Shown: positions 55,826-64,000 of the stretch, piece after piece
Layout: each line of letters begins with the position of its first letter
Position numbering within the stretch: the first letter of the stretch is position 1
Assembly: GCA_951406725.2 (NCBI GenBank)
Contig: OX597840.1
Span: forward strand, 26,288,001-26,352,000
Source: Octopus vulgaris
Lineage: Eukaryota
Direction of reading: 5' to 3'
Length of the DNA stretch: 64,000 nucleotides
Position numbers and translations under genes: made by a program
The notes under the pieces: model-generated
The model's input: only the letters and a program-made list of their open reading frames with translations
What the model was told of the DNA's origin: nothing
The model's database searches: none

Positions 55826-56203
55826 ACTCTTTACTTGTTTCAGTCATTTGACTGTGGCCATGCTGGAGCACCGCCTTTAGTCGAGCAACTCGACCCCAGG
55901 ACTTATTCTTTGTAAGCCCAGTACTTATTCTATCGGTCTCTTTTGCCAAACCGCTAAGTTACGGGGACATAAACACACCAGCATCGGTTGTCAAGCAATG
56001 CTAGGGGGACATACACGCACACATATATATACATATATATGACGGGTTTCTTTCAGTTTCCGTCTACCAAATCCACTCACAAGGCTTTGGTCGGCCCGAG
56101 GCTATAGCAGAAGACACTTGCCCAAGGTGCCACGCAGTGGGACTGAACCCGGAACCATGTGGTTGGTAAGCAAGCTACTTACCACACAGCCACTCCTGCG
56201 CCT
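55826..56203 (-). mobile_element. SINE family 1
   Basis: Full reverse copy. Confidence 0.9.
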
Positions 56204-56735
56204 ATATATATATATATATGCATGTGTGTGTGTGTATGCATTTGTATATTTGTGTCCCCCACCACCACCGCTAAATTCATAGCCCCCGACAACTTCACAG
56301 ATCAGCAAACAGAGACCGACAAACCACATACCAGAACTTAAACCCCGGGGCCAATCGGTTCGACTGAAACCCTCAAAGGTTGAGCTCCAGCATGGCCACG
56401 ACCCAGAGACCGAAACAAATGCACGGATACAAGACTAGCGAGCTACCCACCATATTCCGCAAATACTAATTAAATCACCTAACTAATCAGACACACTATC
56501 AATTATATCTAACGAGATACATAGAAGGAGCAACGTAGATGACTGCTCTCGCAGCTAATTACTCTGCTGCGTATCTGGTGGGTGCATCGGTGCAGCTAAA
56601 GTCCTGATGCACCTCAGACATGGTAAGAGAATACTTCCACAGACTTTCTGTACTCAATGCCTGCTCTCAATCTACATTGGAGAGATTGCGAAAGTGTGTG
56701 TGTGTGTGTGTGTATATGTATATATGTACACAGTA

Positions 56736-56769
<34 letters not shown>

Positions 56770-57624
56770 GTATGCCGTATTTATACACATCCTTATATGT
56801 ATAGATACATACACACATATTTAGTATGTGTGTATTTATATGCATCTGTCTATCTGTTTATCTATATACACACACATACATGACAGAGAGAGAGATATGT
56901 ATGTGTATACATATTACATTTGAATGTGTGTGTGTATATATATATATGTATGCATATATATATATATATATGTGTGTGTGTGTATATGTGTGTGTATATA
57001 TGTAAATATATATATATGCATATATATATATTTATATATATACATGTATATATATATGTATATGTATGTGTATATATATATGATTATATGCATATATATG
57101 TATATATATGTGTGTGTGTATATCTATATATAAATATATATATATATATATGCACACATATATATATATATATATAGACACATATACACATATATACATG
57201 CATATATATACATTTAAATGTCTATCCTATATCTATCCCATTTGTATGCATGGAATTCGTATGCACCAAACACCTGTCATGCCAACAGGAGATGTGAATT
57301 CGAGCACCGCAGGAGGCTTTTGACAATTTCTATTGAAATATTTACATGCCATTATTTATAGCTTTATGTGCTTCAAGTTCCACTGTCCCAAACATGTATA
57401 TGATATATTACCTACAGAGGCAGTATTCATACTAGGGGGTGATATTTATCCCCGCTTAATGTGGATGTTCTTTTGGAACAAACTATACTGCGGTTGTTAT
57501 CATGAGAGAACCCCTCATATTGGTTTTTGGTGCAAAATACACTCTGTTTATATTGCTAGCAGGGGAGATAAATCCCTTTCACCTCCAGTACCGAGACCCA
57601 CCAGATCACATGATTTAAGCCTTA

Positions 57625-58406
57625 TATATATATATATATATATAAAGATGAAGCTGTCTGTGTATGGCAGGTTTGGTAGCCTTCAACTAACACTATCTCC
57701 TCTGAGACCCTGTGGCGCAAGTTGACCAAAATTGAGAGTATGATAGAAGAAGGCTTGCTCTTCCTTCCGTAGAAGAAAAAATTCAAATCGGACCATGTTA
57801 ACACCAAAAATTATTTACATCAAAAAGGTGCTTTTTTTTTTTCAATGAAAATCCCTATTTTTTACGATTTTTTTACTGCTGTGTCGCCATTTTTGGGTGT
57901 ATTTCAACCAGAAAAATGTTCACTTGAAGAGAATAACAAGCTACATGATGCAAAATTTTTACTTTTCAAAAATTCCAATTCTAAAGGGTCGAAACAAACC
58001 CGAGCAACGCGGCCTAGTATATATATAAAGCTGAAGTTGTCTGTGTATGGCAGGTTTGGTAGCCTTCAACTAACACGATCTCCTCTGAGACCCTGCAGCA
58101 CAAGTTGACCAAAATTGAGAGTATGATAGAAGAAGGCTTGCTCTTCTTTCCATAGAAGAAAAAATTCAAATCGGACCATGTTAACACCAAAAATTATTTA
58201 CATCAAAAAGATGCTTTTTTTCTATGAAAATCCCTATTTTTAACGATTTTTTTTACTGCTGTGTCGCCATTTTTTGGTGTATTTCAACCAGAAAAATGTT
58301 CACTTAAAGAGAATAACAAGCTACATAGTGCAAAATTTTTACTTTTCAAAAATTCCAATTCTAAAGGGTCTAAACAAACCTGAGCAACACCGGGTGATAC
58401 TGCTAG
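57625..58406 (+). mobile_element. Head-to-tail dimer of non-autonomous Helitron He2
   Basis: Two units of about 390 bp ending CTAG at 58017 and 58406. Confidence 0.85.
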
Positions 58407-58425
58407 TTTGAATATATAGAAATAT

Positions 58426-58467
<42 letters not shown>

Positions 58468-58941
58468 TACTTATATACGTGTATTTATTTCCATATACAT
58501 TACATGTGCTGTCCTTGCATACAGGCATGCGCCCTGCAACCCTTTGTAGCTGAGGGTATCGATGCCATGTCAAAAACACTCAGGCTGCTGTTGTGCAGAA
58601 GTACCCCAGTACCCTCTGTAAAGTGGTTGGCATTAGGAAGGGCATCCAGCTGTAAAAAAAACCATGCCGAAACAGATAATGGAGGCTGGGCAAGTCAGCT
58701 CCTGTCAAAACGTCCAACCCATGCCAGCATGGAAAAATGGATGTTAAATGATGATGATGATGATGTTATATGCACATGTATGTGTATGTATATACACATT
58801 TATGTGTGTGTGTATATATGCACAAACACACATACATATATCTTTGCATGCTTTACATATATTGTGTGTGTGTATATATATATATATATTTCGTTTTTGG
58901 ATTTGGTTTGCAAGATTCTTTATATGAGTTTGTGTGTTGAA

Positions 58942-59216
58942 GCATATTCTGTTGTGTCTGGGGAGAGTCATTTTCTTTTTGTGCCTTATTAATTTCACAC
59001 ACTCACCGGTAAAATTTCCACTTTTTTTCTTATTTTTATTTTCCTAAAATTTTCGTTGCGTCTTGCAACCTTTTCAAAAGTTTTAGAGTCAAGACTATTG
59101 AAAAGGTTGCAAGAGGCAACGAAAATTTTAGAAAATAAAGATAAGAAATAAGTGAAAATTTTACCAGTGAGTGTGTTAAATTATAAGGCACAAAAAGAAA
59201 ATGATTCTCCCCAGAC

Positions 59217-59225
<9 letters not shown>
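58942..59225. repeat. TA-flanked foldback with degenerate hammerhead-like core
   Basis: Arms at about 58942-59077 and 59098-59225; CTA-TTGAAAA-GGTTGC..GCAAC-GAAA-AT-TT-TAG. Confidence 0.82.
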
Positions 59226-59257
<32 letters not shown>

Positions 59258-59446
59258 TATATATATATAATAATAATAATTGTGTACAGTGCTCAGGTGC
59301 ACTACAACACATAAATGTGAGCAACAAGGTGGGTCAACAAAAGAGTTTATTACGCTTCAAATACACATAAATGTGGTGGAAAAGAGTACTCAAATACCAG
59401 TGGTAGAGTAATATGCTTTATTTAAAGCAGCAGAAATTCAGAAAAC

Positions 59447-59484
59447 CTGTTACTCTGAGTTTCACGTTTCCGTTCGTCGGACAG
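59447..59484 (-). ncRNA. Type I hammerhead motif (family H1, CCGACGA variant) in a foldback (about 59415-59540)
   Basis: The reverse complement reads CTGT-CCGACGA-ACG GAAA CGT-GAAA-CTC A GAG-TA-ACAG. Confidence 0.7.
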
Positions 59485-59538
59485 TTTTTGCTACTCAGAG
59501 TAACAGGTTTTGCTGAATTTTCTGCTGCTTTAAATAAA

Positions 59539-59579
<41 letters not shown>

Positions 59580-60539
59580 TGTATATATATATTTACATAC
59601 ACACACACATACATCTATGTTTATTTATGCTACGTCTGTTTTTCCATGCTAGCATGGGTTAGACAAATATCCAGGCATTGTTTTTACAGCTGGGTGCTTT
59701 TCCTGTCACTTAACTTTACCTGTTTTTCGAGCAAAGGATCCCTCATTCCACGCAAACTTTAAATACACAAAGAAAGTCTGCATCAATTTCTTGACAGGAG
59801 AAATACCAGCAGATCACTGGGTGTGTATATGGGGGGAATTTCGAATAAGTGAACAGCAGATATACACACACAGATACATTCATATACATACTCATACATA
59901 CACATATATACATACATACACTTACATATGTATGCATATATATGTGTGTGTGTGTATATATATCTATATATATGTATGTATATGTATTTGTGTAGATATA
60001 TATATGTGTATGTGTATAGATATATATGTATGCCTATATATACATATATATATATATGTCTATATATATGTACATACGTATATATATATGTCTATATATA
60101 TAAATATATATATATATTTATATATATGTATATACATATATATGTATGTCTATATATATAATATATATATATATCTATATATGTACATATATATGTATGT
60201 CTATATATATAATATAAATATACATATATACAACAGGCTTCTTTCAGTTTCTAACAAATCCACTCACAAGGCCTTGGTCAGCCCGAGGCTGTAGTAGATG
60301 CTTGCCCAAGATGCTATGCAGTGGGACTGAACCCAGAACTATGTGGTTGGTAAGCAAGCTACTCACCACACAGCCACTCCTCAGTTATTTTCCTAACAGG
60401 AAGGATGTATTTAGTCTTTGATACAGGAAAAGACTATATGGTCGTATCTGGAATGCCTACGATAACAAGTTAACGCACAGAGGCTACCCTAGCGTTGACC
60501 TAGGGTTAAACAAAAATGATTACAGACATAGATGCATTT

Positions 60540-61142
60540 TTTCTGTATGTTGGTATGTATATCCTTGTGTAGGTGTGTCTGTGTGTGTGTGTATGTGTGT
60601 GTGTGTGTGTGTGTGTGCGTTGCTAAATTTTGTATGCGTGTGCATGCTTTGTTGCAGTATAATGTAGTGAGTGTGTGTGTGAGTAATATTTGTATGCGTG
60701 TGTGTTTGGTTGCTGTATAAAGTAGTGTGCGCATGTCTGTCTGAGTGTGTGTGTGTGAGTGTGTCCATGTGTATGTGTGTGTGCTTTGCCGCAGTTTAAT
60801 GCCGTGTATGTGTGTACATGTGCGTGTGTGTTTGTATGTGTGCGTATGCTTTGTTACTATTTACTATGCATGTGAGTGTGTATGTGTGCTTTGTCACTAC
60901 TTACTCTGTGCGTGTGTGTGTGTGTGTGTGTGTGTACTGTGCCTGTACGTATGTGCATACTAAATGTACTAAAGTATACTGTGTGAAATAGTTGTGTGTG
61001 TGTGTGTAAGTATATATACATGAGAGAGTGTATGTGTGTGTGTGTGTATAGCTTATGTAAATGTATATATATACATGAGTGTGTGTGTGTGTGTATATAT
61101 ATATATACATGAGAGTGTGTGTGTGTATATATATATACATGA

Positions 61143-61176
<34 letters not shown>

Positions 61177-61431
61177 GAGAGTGTGTGTGTGCATATATAT
61201 ATACATGAGTGTGTGTGTGTGTATATATATATATACATGAGTGTGTGTGTGTGTGTGTGTATATACATGAGAGTGTGTGTGTGTGTATATATACATGAGA
61301 GTGTGTGTGTGTGTATATACATGAGAGTGTGTGTGTGTGTGTGTATATATATATATGAGAGTGTGTGTGTGTGCATATATATATACATGTGTGTGTGTGT
61401 ATAGCTTATGTAAATGTATATATATACATGA

Positions 61432-61462
<31 letters not shown>

Positions 61463-61606
61463 CATGAGAGTGTGTGTGTGTATATATATATACATGAGTG
61501 TGTGTGTGTGTGTGTGTGTGTATAGCTTATGTAAATGTATATATATACATGAGAATGTGTTTGTGTATATATACATGAGAGTGTGTGTGTGTGTATATAT
61601 ACATGA

Positions 61607-61638
<32 letters not shown>

Positions 61639-62565
61639 GAGAGTGTGTGTGTGCATATATATATACATGAGTGTGTGTGTGTGTATATATATATATACAT
61701 GAGTGTGTGTGTGTGTGTGTATATATACATGAGAGTGTGTGTGTGTGTGTATATATACATGAGAGTGTGTGTGTGTGTATATATACATGAGAGTGTGTGT
61801 GTGTGTGTGTATATATATATATGAGAGTGTGTGTGTGTGCATATATATATACATGTGTGTGTGTGTATAGCTTATGTAAATGTATATATATGATCATGAA
61901 TATGCATGAAATGTGTGTGTGTGTGTATGAAATGCCTTTGCATGTGTGTGTGCATGTATCTGCATGTGTGCCTGCATGTGTGTGTATGTGAATGTGAATG
62001 TGTGTGTGTGTATGTGAATGTGTGTGTGTATGTGTGCCTGCATGTGTGTGTATGTGAATGTGTGTGTGTATGTGTGCTTGCATGTGTGTGTATGTGAATG
62101 TGTGTGTGTGTGTGGTTGCATGTGTGTGTATGTACATGTGTGTGTGTATGTGTGGTTGCATGTGTGTGTATGTACATGTGTGTGTGTATGTGTGGTTGCA
62201 TGTGTGTGTATGTACATGTGTGTGTGTATGTGTGCTTGCATGTGTGTGTATATATATGTGTGTGCATGTGTGTGTGTGAAGTATGTAAAGTTATGTACAA
62301 AACATACACGTATGAGTGTGTATGCGAACATGAATGTATGCGTGTGTATTTGTGTATACGCTTGTGTGTGTGTGTGTGTGTGTGTGTGACTGCATGTGTG
62401 TGTATGTGTGCCTACATTTCTGTTGTGTATGTTTGCCTGCATGTGCGCGTGTGTGCATGTGTGTGTGTGTGTGTGTGTGTGAAGTATGTATGTGAACGTG
62501 AATGTATGCATGTGTATATGCTTGTGTGTGTCTGTCTGTGTGTGTGTCTGTGTGTGTGTGCGTGA
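60540..62565. repeat. Microsatellite/minisatellite field (catgag(tg)n(ta)n units)
   Basis: Direct reading; higher-order repetition of atagcttatgtaaatg at about 61048, 61401, 61522 and 61867. Confidence 0.93.
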
Positions 62566-63882
62566 GTTCTCTCGTTATAATTTAAAGCTAAACATACATT
62601 AGCAAAAAACACAAAAAAACAACAAGCAAAAAAAAAAAACAAAAAAATTTTTTTTTTAAAAAACCAGGTTATCTTATACCAAAGACTGTAGTAAAAATAG
62701 AAGCATTCTTCCTCACCGCCACCCCTCCACCCCCTGCCGCCGCCACCCCCCTCACCCGAGCACTACCTCTCCTCCTGCCCCCCCCACCCCCTCTCTCTCT
62801 CTCGCTCGGCACCACGGTGCACTGATGCACCCGGTCCACTCAATGACACCCTCTGCACCCCCCACCCCCTCCCCGCAAAAAAAATATAAAAAAATAATGA
62901 TAATAATAATAAATCTGGAGTTTAATGATTATACATCAACAGCTGCAACTCCAAGCAAACCAATTTAATCCTCCTCCTACTACTACTACTACTACTACTA
63001 ATAATAATAATAGTAATAGTAGTAAGCCCTTTTTACTATAGGCACGGCACAAGGGCTGAAATTTTTTTGAGGGAGGGGAACCAGTTGATTGCATCGACCC
63101 CATCCCCCGGTGCTCGGCTGGTACTTAATTTATCGACCCCCCGCCCCCCGAAAGGATGAAAGGCTAAGTCGACCTCGGAAGAATTTGAACTCAGAATGTG
63201 AAGACAGATGAAAATTTTGCTAAGCATTTTGCCAGCTTGCACCTTAAATAATAATAATAATAGTGATAATAATAATGATAATGATAATAATAATAATAAT
63301 GATAATAATAATAATAATAATAATAATAAATGCCCTGATGCAGTACTAGGCAGTGGCTCTCAGGGCTTCTGATCTTAACTGATTGGAAGTGTTATTATGT
63401 ACATTGTTTTGTCTTGGTATAAAAGATGGGCTACAGCAAATATTCTGCTGAATACCACAGATTTGCTTTTCAGTTGTTTGACCGTAACCAGTTGAGCATG
63501 TCCCTTAGTGGCTGACGATATGTGCACCTCTGATCACGAGCAGAAGTAGTGGGGGAGCATCATAGCCATGTGTCGAGTGGGATTCTTAGAGGTTTGGATA
63601 ATTCACCTTTGGAAACATGGGTGTTTCGTTCAACATCCTTAAACAACCCTTATTGTCTGCATTCTATCCTGGCAGGGATTGGATGGTTTGACAGAATCCA
63701 GTGAGCCGCAGAGCTATGCAAAGTTCCAGTGTCAGCTTTGGCACGGTTTCCAAGGTTTCTAGCCCTTCCTAAGGCCAACCACTTTACACAGTGTGCTGGC
63801 TGCTTTGTAAGTGACACCAACACCTGTGAGGTCCACTTTGCCTTCATTTCTATGTCTGAATGCTTTTCCTAGTGCCAACCTG

Positions 63883-64000
63883 TGGAGGCACATGGCTTAG
63901 TGGTTAGAGCAGTGGACTCACGGTCGAGGGATTGCGGGTTCAAATCTCAGACTGGGTGATGTGTGCATTTATGAGCGAAACACCTAAGTTCCACGCGGCT
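63883..64000 (+). mobile_element. 5' head of another tRNA-derived SINE
   Basis: TGGCTTAGTGG box A and GGTTCAAATC box B; runs off the window. Confidence 0.6.

Noticed and set aside
62710-62876. Runx first coding exon (MHPVHSMTPSAPP)
   Set aside because: No splice donor or Runt-domain sequence follows; the similarity is too weak.

Overview
AT-rich, repeat-dense animal genomic DNA, very probably an octopus (inferred from the C2H2-ZNF style, SINE families and microsatellite load). Left part: two divergently oriented paralogous C2H2 zinc-finger genes (minus 1456-2229, plus 17075-17956), each with a non-coding first exon. Between them lie a third ZNF pseudogene, two related ~160-bp satellite arrays, an RTE LINE fragment and a shattered Merlin (IS1595-type) transposon. 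Right part: six 3' coding exons of SUPT3H (Spt3, SAGA subunit) on the minus strand (45887 to 25326), missed or only partly captured by the ORF track. Its introns are filled with SINEs, LINE 3' ends, Helitrons, Gypsy/mariner remnants and microsatellites. The most notable hidden layer is at least 11 type I hammerhead ribozyme motifs from about 7 distinct short element families. Many sit in TA tracts or in foldback (inverted) structures typical of Penelope-like elements and retrozymes, and one family carries a tRNA-like Pol III head. Nearly all other ORFs in the track are artefacts of microsatellites or SINEs. Coordinates were read by eye; repeat boundaries are approximate.
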